A stretch of 64,000 nt of DNA from Poseidonia sp. (GCA_040261535.1 JBDQNU010000003.1:42334-106333), one strand, 5' to 3'; counted from the first letter of the stretch, positions 33,601 to 43,156 are shown. The notes: generated from the sequence alone by a model not told the origin. Program-made: numbers and translations.

Positions 33601-34860
33601 AAGCGTGTTGCCGGTCGACGACCATGGGGCAGACCAGTCGCTGTTGGATTCCGTGGCTTGAGCACGGCAGAACGCCCCTCCAGTGCAGACAGGGTTCAAA
33701 TCGAGGTTCGGGAAACCGTAGATCCCCTGGTCGGAATCCAAGGTCACGGCGACGCTAAAGTTCGCAAAGGCTTCGTTCATGGTTCGGCCCAAGAGGCCGA
33801 CTTGTCCTGCTTGGGGCGAGAGGAGGAGGTTTTCAACGCCCCGTCCGCCCGTGGCGGAATCCTGAACCAGTTGCCGAACAGCCGGTCCGCCACCCAAATG
33901 TTCTGCGAGATACATCGTGAAGAGGTATCCTGCGCCGTAGTCCGCAATGCGTTGATTCCACCAGCGAACCGATTGCTCGGGTGAGCCCGTCCAAGCGTTC
34001 ACGTGACCTCTCAGCGTCGAATCGGCACCGAAGCAGAGGTAAATCGCTACGTCAGCGTTTCCTTCATCAATCCACAGATTCTCGTACGGGTCGAGGGCGT
34101 TGTGCAACAGGTGTTCAAGTTCGTGAGCGAGGATGGATTTCCCCCAACTAAGGGTGATGTCAGCAAAGTCGACGAACACCGCCTCTCGGGAACTTGCGAA
34201 CGACGGGGCAAAGTAGCCGCCGGTGTTGTAGGCGCCGTCGATGTCGTAGATGATGATCTGCACCTGACAGTTGTTGTCAACGTCCGGAGGAGCGAGCCCA
34301 CGACCGTCTTGGTAATCCTTGCCGTAATAGGTCGTCATCGTGGGGTAGATGGTGGAGTCCCAGGTGCTTGCGAGGTTGTTCAGGACCGTGGAGGAGAGCG
34401 TTCGCCCGCTTTGAACGATGAAGGCCACGCTGGTGGTGGTTTTCGCAACATATGCCGAGATTTGTCCGCCGGCGGTGTTCACCGTCAAACTGTCCCCGAC
34501 CGAATGAGGCGTGCACGCCCGGCCGCCGGAACGGCCCAAGGAGGGCTCAACCACCATTTCTTCGACGCCCGGACGGCCGGCATCAATCCATGCTTGACGC
34601 ATGAAGGAGGTGGCGGAAACCACGGGCTCTTCTTCGTGAATAAACAGATACTCACTCCCTGTACTGGGGTCGAATTCGTCAAGGTCACCGATGACGAGAC
34701 CACCGGCGTCGTAGGTCGGCGAGGAGGCGGATTCACGCTCGCCTTCTGCGCTGGCGCTGAGCGTGAAAGGAAGGGTGGTGGAAAGGACCATCATCGCCAC
34801 AAAGAAAATCGCAAGACTAGAACGCCGTTCCGACAATTGAATCACCGTTGAGAAACGCAA
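30631..34860 (-). CDS. Membrane-anchored extracellular zinc metallopeptidase (M30-like gluzincin) with multiple PKD domains
   Basis: Signal peptide, AHELEHL...WIDEG, repeated W(D)FGDG / YTV.LTV.D PKD motifs, C-terminal TM. Confidence 0.82.
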   Translation of the reverse strand: MRFSTVIQLSERRSSLAIFFVAMMVLSTTLPFTLSASAEGERESASSPTYDAGGLVIGDLDEFDPSTGSEYLFIHEEEPVVSATSFMRQAWIDAGRPGVEEMVVEPSLGRSGGRACTPHSVGDSLTVNTAGGQISAYVAKTTTSVAFIVQSGRTLSSTVLNNLASTWDSTIYPTMTTYYGKDYQDGRGLAPPDVDNNCQVQIIIYDIDGAYNTGGYFAPSFASSREAVFVDFADITLSWGKSILAHELEHLLHNALDPYENLWIDEGNADVAIYLCFGADSTLRGHVNAWTGSPEQSVRWWNQRIADYGAGYLFTMYLAEHLGGGPAVRQLVQDSATGGRGVENLLLSPQAGQVGLLGRTMNEAFANFSVAVTLDSDQGIYGFPNLDLNPVCTGGAFCRAQATESNSDWSAPWSSTGNTLEGWGIRSFKFTPGSASPAPLTLRLTADKSQFEGVVVTKATTDGRWSVSELNFVNNVATGLVPGFGNLTDEVWVITWYASTVADCDYTSCGPSYPTGVVDVEAARITSPATISLNNTVLSDRDGDGLDDTVNINYGVLSNAFFEDLDVEIHVRDNAGNVVDSITDRIAAGGGVDVPGSVYFTAPLNDQYTFSMVMKDMLGDVVDTLQTSPQVLNNMKPVANGTVSMNDVQTWENIQFLGGGFDAWGLSVDNNSLPYLDAPTAYAWVFGDNGSSNLKSPMRSYTDVGSYNATLRVQDQGGSWSETQVLSINVSDDSQPVPIITVNNVVIDQELTLLTGQRVLFSAGRTADNVPLEFLDFQWDWGDGTSSGGQGVYAQQHEWDDINGENITFNLTLTVSDGINSAVKTILVHINNRIPVQIYAETMTTMTYTTLVLPDVFEDDDGEIVSYDWTFTDGVRLGTGMPERGDDFSTISSTSSNPLVAWDTPGNKTVFLTVTDDDGSDATTMLNIVVMNQLPVATFDVRTLSAMGSREIDFREEDGEVDTAYVFDGLDSQDPDGLVGDSSDIEVWNWTFSDGTFGDRPQVTHSFTTPGIHTVTLVVTDKQGEQSFARTMTVRITNPLPIVNVRILDGWLEGELITTSTVFPEGSLPDAWSHTFNEDGAAVTAPHRLLYFDSAGTRDGDRQFEGKYLPFETESPDWNGLVEYTWDFGDATPLDHSASPWHAYTLPGTYTVSLTVRDAFGTGDVTRSSFTVVVDHPPSVTEIFVPETVFSESSASFSAEVSDMEAGSTMEIYRDLDVEDGSITERDERIVTDLTVRWDFDIETDEDGNGVLDDDWVLPVAGSTTRAINTWDMTGYYTVLVEVCDGMGQCSDLTRDIEIVPEPEGPPSLSEFSAEEWKSWIADAGSELATFVALIVVALILGWLVMREPTQLEEEAKEAAETYSDIEHVESQGGLLGMDHHQPPPAPKILSKDERRSDDSGYVRPLRRR

Positions 34861-34923
34861 GACAGGTTTCTAATTTGACGAAGCGAAAGGAGGTATTTAA
34901 GAGTCCGTGGTGGAGGCATCACC

Positions 34924-36123
34924 ATGCATCAACGCAACCGCCCTCGTTTCCAACGAAAGCGGGCGACGGTGCTCTTCGTGCTCGCCTTAGCCTTGGCTCC
35001 GCTGAGCGGGGCCGAGGAACCGGCCGTCGCATGGCCGACGGATAGCGATCCACTCTGCGAACGAGTCGACGAACTGCTGTTCAACGGAAGCCAAGCAAAC
35101 GCCACGGTGCAATGGCAGGTTTCGCTCGGACCTCGCGTGCCTGAATCAAACGCTTCGCTGGCCTTTCGGGAACACGTCAACGCAACCCTCTCCCAAGCGG
35201 GTTGGCAGGTCCAACAGACGGTTCACGAACGACACGGGATGAACCTGACCAACATCGAGGCTCGGTGGACGGCCCCCGGCTCACAGGGGCGACAAGTGGT
35301 CCTGGCAGCCCATTACGACTCCAGAAACATCGCCGACAAAGACCTCAACGAAACAAACCGGAGTCTTCCGGTGCCCGGAGCGAACGACGGCGCAAGCGGC
35401 GTGGCGGTTTTGCTCGAGTTGGCGACGATCGTTCCCGGCCTGAACTTATCGTACGACGTTGTCCTCTTCCTCAACGACGCCGAAGACCAAAATCAAAACT
35501 TCACGGTGGGCGCAGAGGCGTGGGCAGAAAATCTCTCCACGGAGGAAATTGCGAACACCGAGGCCTTTGTGTTGTTGGACATGGTCGGCGATGCTCACCT
35601 TCAACTTCGCAACATCAACCCCGGTAACGAGACCCTAAAAGAGCGAACGGTGCGCCTTGCTGAAGCCTTGGGCCTGGTTGCCGACACGAACGACTGCAAC
35701 GGAGCGGCTGGACTTGACATCGTGCAATACGATATCGAAGTCGGCGTGCTTGACGACCATTACCACACCCATGTCCGCAACATTCCGAGCATCGACATCA
35801 TGGACCCTGAATACGGAGAACCGACGCCCTATTCATTCGGCAGTCTATGGCACACCATGGAAGACACGCCCGACAAAGTCAGTGCGACCTCACTCGAGCA
35901 GGTCGGTCGCTTGGTGGAATTGGGTCTGCGAACCGGTGCGTTCGTGGGCATCGTCACGAGCGAAGATTCAACCGAACCTCAGCAAGAAGAGCCATCGCCC
36001 CCTCCAAGCGACGAAGAGGAGGTTGAGGGCGGCGGAAACCCGAGGATGGCGATGGCAGGATTGGCGACGCTGATCATCGTCAACTTCGGCCTCTTGTTGC
36101 TCGAAACCAGCAGGAAAGGATGA
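34924..36123 (+). CDS. M28-family peptidase / glutaminyl cyclase-like, membrane anchored
   Basis: AHYDSR, GANDGASG, DAED, LLDMVG, DDH, WHT..D. Confidence 0.85.
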   Translation: MHQRNRPRFQRKRATVLFVLALALAPLSGAEEPAVAWPTDSDPLCERVDELLFNGSQANATVQWQVSLGPRVPESNASLAFREHVNATLSQAGWQVQQTVHERHGMNLTNIEARWTAPGSQGRQVVLAAHYDSRNIADKDLNETNRSLPVPGANDGASGVAVLLELATIVPGLNLSYDVVLFLNDAEDQNQNFTVGAEAWAENLSTEEIANTEAFVLLDMVGDAHLQLRNINPGNETLKERTVRLAEALGLVADTNDCNGAAGLDIVQYDIEVGVLDDHYHTHVRNIPSIDIMDPEYGEPTPYSFGSLWHTMEDTPDKVSATSLEQVGRLVELGLRTGAFVGIVTSEDSTEPQQEEPSPPPSDEEEVEGGGNPRMAMAGLATLIIVNFGLLLLETSRKG

Positions 36124-36193
36124 GGAACATGCGCGGGAAACATGGAAAGAGGTCATATCCGCGCATGGTATCGTCGCGCTAGGAGGGGAATGC

Positions 36194-37054
36194 ATGGACG
36201 AAGACCGTGAACAGCGCATGCTCGCCCTTCGCGAACGTGTCAAGGCAAAAAAAACAGCAAACCTCACCGGACAAGTCACCGTTGAAGCCGAAGCGGGAGA
36301 AGAAGAGCTCGTAGTCTCTCAAACCTTCGTTGAGGCCGAACAAGCGAACGACGAGTGGATGGAAATGCTCGATCGGGATGCTGACCGCTGGCGGAACCTC
36401 GCTGCGACGCTGATTCTTCTCGGGAGCATTTTGGGCATCATCAGCGGCGCACTCATTCTCCAAGGCAACCCCAGCGAATTGCTGAACACCTCTCTTTTTG
36501 CTGAACAAGAATCCGTTGACATCTCGGGAACAGCACTTGAGGACGTTGACGGCTCTGGCGTCGAGGGCGTCACGGTTCAGTTGCTTGAAGAAGGTTCGAG
36601 GATCTTGCTTCAGGAAGCCGTGACGGACCAATTTGGCCATTACACGATGGACAACGTAAAACAAGATATTCACGTCATCGTCTTCTCCAAAACCGGTTAC
36701 GAAACCGTGGAAAGGACCTTCCTCCCGGACAACGTCGGTTTGGATCCCGTCACGATGAAACCCGGAGAGGGTACTCGGTACGAGAACAACGAACAACGCG
36801 TTGATGGATGGACCTTGGACAACGCCGTGGCGCTCTCAAGCGCCATCGGCCTCATTACGGTTATCGCTGCGTTGTTCGGCATCCAATCGGCGGTTGAAAT
36901 ACGACGAGGAAAGCACTACCGACGAAGCCAATACCTTGCTGGCTTGGCGTTGTTCAGCCGTGGACTCATCATCGTAGGGCCTGCGCTCATCCTGTTTGGA
37001 ATGGTGATCAACGTCTTCGCAAGAGACGACTTTGAAGACCGTCGAGAGGACTGA
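36194..37054 (+). CDS. Membrane protein with carboxypeptidase-regulatory-like (transthyretin-like) domain
   Basis: GVEGVTVQL...TDQFGHY...SKTGY pattern flanked by TM helices. Confidence 0.72.
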   Translation: MDEDREQRMLALRERVKAKKTANLTGQVTVEAEAGEEELVVSQTFVEAEQANDEWMEMLDRDADRWRNLAATLILLGSILGIISGALILQGNPSELLNTSLFAEQESVDISGTALEDVDGSGVEGVTVQLLEEGSRILLQEAVTDQFGHYTMDNVKQDIHVIVFSKTGYETVERTFLPDNVGLDPVTMKPGEGTRYENNEQRVDGWTLDNAVALSSAIGLITVIAALFGIQSAVEIRRGKHYRRSQYLAGLALFSRGLIIVGPALILFGMVINVFARDDFEDRRED

Positions 37055-37056
37055 AC

Positions 37057-38424
37057 ATGTACCTGATCTCGGTCGAGGGGGGAGACGGCTCCGGAAAAGG
37101 CGAAGCCGCACGAATCCTTGGCGAATTGCTTGCTGAGTTTCCCTTTCCCGAGGTCGTCATGACGCACGAACCTCGTCGCCACAGTGAATTGGGGAAATTG
37201 GCCCTCGCATCGGTCAAACTCGGTAACAAAACCCCGCTCGAAGAAGCGGGTCTCTTTGCCGCCGACCGATTGGACCATTCCCACACCTTCATTCGACCGC
37301 ATCTTCAGCGGGGAGCGGTCGTGGTCTCGGACCGGAATATCCACTCCTCGCTCATCTACCAGGGCGTTGTCGGCGACTTGGGCGTTGAACAGGTGGCGAG
37401 CATGAACGCTGCCGCCATGATTCCCGACCTCGTGTTTTGGATTGATTGCGACCCCGAGAAAGCCATGAAACGAATCCGTTCGGGAACGCTGAGAATGACC
37501 AGCCAGAAGCAAGAATATTTTGAGACGGAAGAGATTCAAACCACGATTCGTCAGGGCTTTCACGAGCTTTTCGCCGAGGGGAGCACGGTTCCGGCTCCTT
37601 TCCACCAGTGCACCGTGGTCGGCCCGATCATGAACGAAGGGGGATTGGATGAACTCAAGAGCAAATTGAGAAGGGAGCTGCGACGATTCTTCAATCGAAA
37701 ACCGGCCCCGTTAAACACCGATTTGGATCTTGTTGACCGAAATCTGCTGAACGGATTGGTACACGATGTCAAAAAACAACGACGCCTTCCCGGAGCGCCC
37801 CAAGAACGTACCGCCATTCATATCGGATGGCTCGGGGGCAAATCGCCAGCACAATGGATGCAGGATGCCGAGGACAACTGGCCCACGGCGTCCGCTCAAG
37901 ACAACGACGTTCCGGCGACCCCAATGGCGCATTCTTGCTGGTCCATTCTCGGCACCCTTTCCTTGATGGTGGGTTCGAGCGAAGTTCCTCGCCTCCATGC
38001 CTCCCTCGGGCCCGTGAGAATGGTGACCCAACGTCACACACAACGGCTCATCAAGTGGCTTCTGGTGGAAAATTGGGTTCACAAGCAGCAAAATCACACG
38101 CCGTTTACCGATGCACAACTGTTCAAACTTCGGGATGAACGGCTTGGTTTCGCCCGCTTAACGCTCGCCATGTGGCCGTTGCGCTCCTCGCTTGCAAGCT
38201 GGCGGAGGGCGAACCCCACCGCTCCTTGGGAGGGGGCTCTAAGCGACGTGTTTTCCACCGCAGACGGGAAGGAAATAGCTCCTGCGCTCACCAAGGCTGC
38301 AAGCGACATCAGCCACCGCTTGGCCATCTTGACAAGCGGTCACGAAGGGTGCCCGCTTCCGACCACCCCAGCCGAACTTGAGGTGTGGTGGTCGATGCCA
38401 CCACCGACTCATTCCTCGTCCTGA
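37057..38424 (+). CDS. tmk: Thymidylate kinase with long C-terminal extension
   Basis: EGGDGSGKG, HEP, LFAADR, SDR...SSLIYQG, PDL. Confidence 0.85.
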   Translation: MYLISVEGGDGSGKGEAARILGELLAEFPFPEVVMTHEPRRHSELGKLALASVKLGNKTPLEEAGLFAADRLDHSHTFIRPHLQRGAVVVSDRNIHSSLIYQGVVGDLGVEQVASMNAAAMIPDLVFWIDCDPEKAMKRIRSGTLRMTSQKQEYFETEEIQTTIRQGFHELFAEGSTVPAPFHQCTVVGPIMNEGGLDELKSKLRRELRRFFNRKPAPLNTDLDLVDRNLLNGLVHDVKKQRRLPGAPQERTAIHIGWLGGKSPAQWMQDAEDNWPTASAQDNDVPATPMAHSCWSILGTLSLMVGSSEVPRLHASLGPVRMVTQRHTQRLIKWLLVENWVHKQQNHTPFTDAQLFKLRDERLGFARLTLAMWPLRSSLASWRRANPTAPWEGALSDVFSTADGKEIAPALTKAASDISHRLAILTSGHEGCPLPTTPAELEVWWSMPPPTHSSS

Positions 38425-39185
38425 TCATTGGCCTCGCGTTTTGCGAGCACAAAGGTAGCATTGCCCGGCAAAAGAACCTGCCCTGCCCCGAGGAAGGCTT
38501 GGGCTCGTGCCGAGAACATCCCGCACAGCAACACCCCTAGACCGAAGCCGAAGGGGATACCCGTGAGCACGCGTTTCAGGTTCGTTGATTCATACGAGGT
38601 CAGCAATTGGAGAAATCCGTCGAAGATCAACGGCATGCAAAGAAGCAAACCGCAAGCCAACCAAACCAACGTCCTTCGATTTTTTTCGTAGGTCGTTTTC
38701 AACCAAGCATCCGGAAAGAGGGAGAGGCACGTATCGCGAACCGTCCAGCGATTCCAACCCCTCCGTGAGAAGACCACGCCCCCGACAAAAAGACCCATGA
38801 AAATCCCGATATCGCGGGTGCAGACAGGAAGTTGGTTGTTGTTTACTTCCCAGGAACGTTCGTGTTTCTGGTGGCAGTTCAAATCCCCAAACCCGTAGAT
38901 GAGGGCAGCGTACGGATTGATTTCACCCCACGCCAACTGCCCGTGATCGTGCTGCTTGTCATCTTCATGCGTGTGTGCAGGGACGGGTTCGTTCCCGCTT
39001 GAGCCCCAGCCCTCCGTGCCCAAGTAATCGATGGCGTTGGCGCGCGCCCCCAAGCTGGTAACCGTGCCCGGATCGAGGGTAAGGGGTGCAACAAAAAACG
39101 AGAGCAGGAAAAAACCGCAAACCGCCATCACCCATCGGCCCACCTTTGCTTCAGCGTTACGGTGGTCCAAGCCGTTGGGCTCCAT
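38409..39185 (-). CDS. DUF2085-family membrane protein
   Basis: CHQKHERS...PVCTRDIGI, PLIFDGFLQ...YESTN..RVLTG. Confidence 0.85.
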   Translation of the reverse strand: MEPNGLDHRNAEAKVGRWVMAVCGFFLLSFFVAPLTLDPGTVTSLGARANAIDYLGTEGWGSSGNEPVPAHTHEDDKQHDHGQLAWGEINPYAALIYGFGDLNCHQKHERSWEVNNNQLPVCTRDIGIFMGLFVGGVVFSRRGWNRWTVRDTCLSLFPDAWLKTTYEKNRRTLVWLACGLLLCMPLIFDGFLQLLTSYESTNLKRVLTGIPFGFGLGVLLCGMFSARAQAFLGAGQVLLPGNATFVLAKREANDQDEE

Positions 39186-39266
39186 AGCGGTGTTTGGGTG
39201 CGGAATGACTTGATTCTTTGCCCGACCAGCCAAGACTTCAATGCTTGAGGAGCCTTCCCCCGCTTC

Positions 39267-39902
39267 ATGGTCGTCGACCCACCCCCTCGTGTTGGTCTGG
39301 TCACCGGCCTGCAAGCCGGGGGCTTCATCGGGTTGTTCCTCGGCTTCTCCCTTGCCGTGGTCTCGGCCCTCACCCAACCGGACGAACTGATGCAGTTGGT
39401 TGAATTCATGTGCATCACGCCGCTGGTTTGCGCTGTTTTCCTCGGTCCGATGTTGGCGTGGCGGCGTGCACCTCCACCGCCCCCCGCCGACCCGTTGGAA
39501 GCGGTTCGAGCGGTGCTGGAACCGTACAACGAAGGGCAAGGAAAATGGAGGGCGTTAAGCCATGTGCGCAGCGATGGACGAAACGTCCGCATCGACCTGC
39601 ACAATTCAACGCAAGCCTTGGCCATCGTCGCTGCGACGTTGCCTTTCGCAGAAGAGGTCCCCGTGAAATACATCGTTGGACGGGGTGAGGCAAGAAGCCG
39701 TGAGCCAACGCTCCGCCCCAAGGTCCTCGCCCACATCGAAGGGCGAGTTGAATTGCACCGTCGGCGCCGAACCTCTTCAACCATCGAAGTCATGCCGCCT
39801 TCGATCATCGAACACATGGAGGCGACCCACCGGATGCATCGCCGACTGTTCTACCTGCTCCCCATCATCCTGTTCTTTGCATGGTTGGAATTGCGGGCTT
39901 GA
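39267..39902 (+). CDS. Membrane protein with Smr-like domain
   Basis: Two N-terminal TMs, IDLHN...YIVGRG...LRPKV, C-terminal TM. Confidence 0.6.
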   Translation: MVVDPPPRVGLVTGLQAGGFIGLFLGFSLAVVSALTQPDELMQLVEFMCITPLVCAVFLGPMLAWRRAPPPPPADPLEAVRAVLEPYNEGQGKWRALSHVRSDGRNVRIDLHNSTQALAIVAATLPFAEEVPVKYIVGRGEARSREPTLRPKVLAHIEGRVELHRRRRTSSTIEVMPPSIIEHMEATHRMHRRLFYLLPIILFFAWLELRA

Positions 39903-39940
39903 ACGCAACAGGCTATGAGGGACGGCCACCTCCATCCAAC

Positions 39941-40933
39941 ATGGCGAGCGACATCGGCAAGGCGATGGCTCGGTTGCGCCACCGCGATGTTCGTACCCGT
40001 CGGCGGGCGGTGAGGACGTTGTTTGAACACGATGACCCCTCCACGCTTGAGGCCTTTGAAACCCTCTTGGACGATGAGGATGCGTGGTTCGTCACGAAAG
40101 CGCTTGATGCATACCGCCTATGGGCTCCCCAGGCCGGTCCAAGTGCGGTTGGAACGTTGATGGAGCATGCAAGCTTGGACGTTCGCCGATGTGGAGCGAA
40201 TCTCTTGGTCGCCCTGGGAGAGGAAGGCGTTGGGCTGGCGCTGAAAGCGTTGAGCGACGAGGACCGCGTGGTCCAGAAGAAAGCAAGCCAAGCCCTTCTT
40301 GCCCACGGCGGTGCAGACGGCGTTGCCGCCTTGCTTCAGCATGCTTCGCCAACCGTTCGAGCCATGGCCATGCGCCACCCTCTCACCCCAGAAGACGCCG
40401 TGCTTGCAGGATTGAGCGACCCGTCGTCCAACGTCCAAAGCATGGCGCTTGAAGTGGTCTTCAAGCGGGATTTGGGCACCTCGTTGTCAACCTTAATGCC
40501 CTTTTTTGAGGCGAATGTCCAACCCGTTTCCATTTTGGTTTGGGCGGCCCGCCATGCACCAGAGGAACTCAAAGGATTGACCGGGGGCTTGCAAGTCGGC
40601 CATGTCAAGGCGTTGACCGACCATTTGCGAAACGATGTTTCCACCAGCGACGACCCGCTGCTTCAAGCGCTCATCAGTGCCGGTCTGCTTACCCCCGTGG
40701 CCCGTTGGGTGGCGAAACAGGGAGCGGTGGAGGATGCACTGCGATGGTCGCTCATCAACAACAACGACCTCGACCTCATCGAGCGTTGCAAGTTGCTCGA
40801 ACGCTTGGTCGGCCGAGCCGGTGAGCAGACGGTTCGTGCTGAAGTTCAGGCTTTGCTGGCTTCCGAGCCGGAGGAACTGCTCAAAGTGGCGTGCGAGAAC
40901 CTATCAACCGCCGCAGACGAAGTGTCCCCATGA
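39941..40933 (+). CDS. HEAT-repeat protein
   Basis: Repeated L.D....VR..A units. Confidence 0.8.
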   Translation: MASDIGKAMARLRHRDVRTRRRAVRTLFEHDDPSTLEAFETLLDDEDAWFVTKALDAYRLWAPQAGPSAVGTLMEHASLDVRRCGANLLVALGEEGVGLALKALSDEDRVVQKKASQALLAHGGADGVAALLQHASPTVRAMAMRHPLTPEDAVLAGLSDPSSNVQSMALEVVFKRDLGTSLSTLMPFFEANVQPVSILVWAARHAPEELKGLTGGLQVGHVKALTDHLRNDVSTSDDPLLQALISAGLLTPVARWVAKQGAVEDALRWSLINNNDLDLIERCKLLERLVGRAGEQTVRAEVQALLASEPEELLKVACENLSTAADEVSP

Positions 40934-42735
40934 GCACGAACGCTTCGGGCCTCTGCTTCCACGCTGACGCAACCCACGGGGCAGAACATCGATTGGTGGC
41001 CGGACTCACCATCGACGGACCGTTCACGTCCACCTCGCTCGTCCTCCGTTTCCCTCGTTGGGTGCCCGGCTCCTATTTCCTCCGAGAACCCATTCAACAC
41101 CTGTTCGATTTTGAGGCAGAAGACGAGAACGGCCTGTTGTCTTGGAAACGTGTCGGCGTGGACGGCATCACCGTACGCATGAAAACAACCACAACGAGGG
41201 TCAAGATAACGTACGGATTGCTGGCCAAGGAACTTTCCGTCCGATCCAACCACTTGGACGCAACACACCTTCATTTGATGCCCCCTTTCACTTGGTTTTG
41301 GCCTGAGCGAGGCATCGATGCTGCACGACTCCATCAAACGCACGCCGTTGAATTAACCGCACCGTCATCCTGGACACCGGCAACCCAACTTCAAGGAGAA
41401 ACAAGAACGGGCGACAACGAATCGAATCGTTGGACGTACCGTGCAAATGGAAGAGACTTCCTCTTGGACAGCATCATTGAGGTGAACGAAAACCCAGCCA
41501 TCACCTACGTGGTTGACGGAAGAGAACACCGTCTCAAGTGGTGGGACAGCGGCGGCCACGCACCGGACAAAAAGCGTCTTGATGCCTTTGTAGAGGACAC
41601 CAAACGCATCATCAAAGAACACCACGCCCTTTTCGGCGTCCCTCCTTGGCCGGCCTACACGACCGTCCTTCACCTCACCGATACGGCAAGAGGAGGCTTG
41701 GAGCACATGAACTCACAAACCTCCATGATGCCCCGTTCGTGCCTGTTCCCCAAACATCCCGATGAATATCGAGATCTGGTGAGTCTGTTCTCTCATGAAT
41801 ATCTGCACCAATGGAACGTCAAACGCCTTCGCCCCAAGGCCTTCTTGGATTACGACCTCCAATCGGAAACCCACACCGACCTGCTTTGGTGGTTTGAGGG
41901 AGGGACATCCTGGTTGGGGGACATGATGTGCGTCCGGTCCGGCGCTTGGAGCGAGGAGGATTGGCGAATTGATTTCGAACGCAAGATGAAGCGGCATACC
42001 GTTCGCAACGGCATGCATCGAGAATCCCTGGCCGAGTCGAGCCATGATGCTTGGATTCACCTCTATAGAAGCGGCCCTTACACTCGTGAGAGTCAAATCT
42101 CGTACTACCTTGAGGGCGAGTTGGCCATAATGTGCTTGGATGTCGAACTCCGACGTCGAAACCAAAACGCGTTTGGGGCTTGCGACTTGATGGCGGAAAT
42201 GGTCCGCAAGTATGCGCTGGAATCCGAAGAAGCGGAAGAGCTCGGCGTTGAGTATCGTGACATCCGGTCCACCCTCAAAACCTGTCCAGGGGGCGAAAAC
42301 ATGGGGCCGTTCTTGGACAAATTGGTCAAGAAACGGGCGCTGCCCAACGTTGCGAAGGCCTTGTCATCGTTTCGTCTCAAACTGACCCCCCACGCATCGG
42401 ATGAACCGGGAACCGGGTGGCTGGGCATCAACTTGAAGGAAGCGGGAGGTCGTGTCATCGTCTCAAGCCATCAGGCAGGCTCCCCGCTCCGGTTGCTCAC
42501 GCACGTTGGCGATGAGATCGTCGCCGTGGACGGGGTGCGTGTCCGCTCCACCAGCCACCTCAACAAGTTGATCGCAGGGCGAGCAGGCGAAAGCATCAAC
42601 CTCGATCTCTCTCATGAGGGCATCCTCAAGTCCACGGAGGTCACCATCGGTGAATCGCTTCAGCACGGCGTCACGCTCAAAGGCAAAGGCAACGACCGTT
42701 GGCGGGCATGGATCACGACCCGTCAGGACCCGTGA
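40930..42735 (+). CDS. M61 glycyl aminopeptidase with PDZ domain
   Basis: PRWVPGSY, GGLEH, SHEYLHQWNVKRLRP, LWWFEG, SYY..G; C-terminal GDEIVAVDG. Confidence 0.9.
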   Translation: MSTNASGLCFHADATHGAEHRLVAGLTIDGPFTSTSLVLRFPRWVPGSYFLREPIQHLFDFEAEDENGLLSWKRVGVDGITVRMKTTTTRVKITYGLLAKELSVRSNHLDATHLHLMPPFTWFWPERGIDAARLHQTHAVELTAPSSWTPATQLQGETRTGDNESNRWTYRANGRDFLLDSIIEVNENPAITYVVDGREHRLKWWDSGGHAPDKKRLDAFVEDTKRIIKEHHALFGVPPWPAYTTVLHLTDTARGGLEHMNSQTSMMPRSCLFPKHPDEYRDLVSLFSHEYLHQWNVKRLRPKAFLDYDLQSETHTDLLWWFEGGTSWLGDMMCVRSGAWSEEDWRIDFERKMKRHTVRNGMHRESLAESSHDAWIHLYRSGPYTRESQISYYLEGELAIMCLDVELRRRNQNAFGACDLMAEMVRKYALESEEAEELGVEYRDIRSTLKTCPGGENMGPFLDKLVKKRALPNVAKALSSFRLKLTPHASDEPGTGWLGINLKEAGGRVIVSSHQAGSPLRLLTHVGDEIVAVDGVRVRSTSHLNKLIAGRAGESINLDLSHEGILKSTEVTIGESLQHGVTLKGKGNDRWRAWITTRQDP

Positions 42736-43156
42736 ACGGCGGGTACTCCCGCAACGTCTCGAGAGGGAAGAAAATCGGAGGCGTCTCGTCGGCGATACGG
42801 TGCCGGCTGGTCTTTGGAGGAAACACCTCTGGCGAGAGGCTCATTTCGATCACGTCGGTTTTGGTGATGCTCTCCCGGCCGCATCCCGGCCAAACATCAA
42901 CCTCGATTCGGTCGTCCGTAAGGTAGTCAAGGCAGATGGCCGGAACGCGTTTCAAACCAAGGAGCAAACCAACGGAATGCCGATGATGGCCGTCAAGAAT
43001 CGCCCCGGTTGCTCGGTCAACGATGAGCGGTTTGGTGTAGCCGTCCCACCGTTTGGTCATCTCGAGCAACTTATCCCGGTTCTTCTCCTTGATTTCTTCA
43101 TGAGCCTTCAGCCACGTGAGAGGGACCAGCGTAACATCGGATTCGGTCCACTCCAT
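42713..43156 (-). CDS. ParB/Sulfiredoxin-fold protein, SerK/SbnI-like
   Basis: LKAHEE, KPLIVD, ILDGHHR, FPPKTSRH. Confidence 0.75.
   Translation of the reverse strand: MEWTESDVTLVPLTWLKAHEEIKEKNRDKLLEMTKRWDGYTKPLIVDRATGAILDGHHRHSVGLLLGLKRVPAICLDYLTDDRIEVDVWPGCGRESITKTDVIEMSLSPEVFPPKTSRHRIADETPPIFFPLETLREYPPFTGPDGS

Noticed and set aside
42713-43156. ParABS partition system
   Set aside because: The ParB-fold protein lacks HTH and dimerisation domains, and no parA is adjacent.
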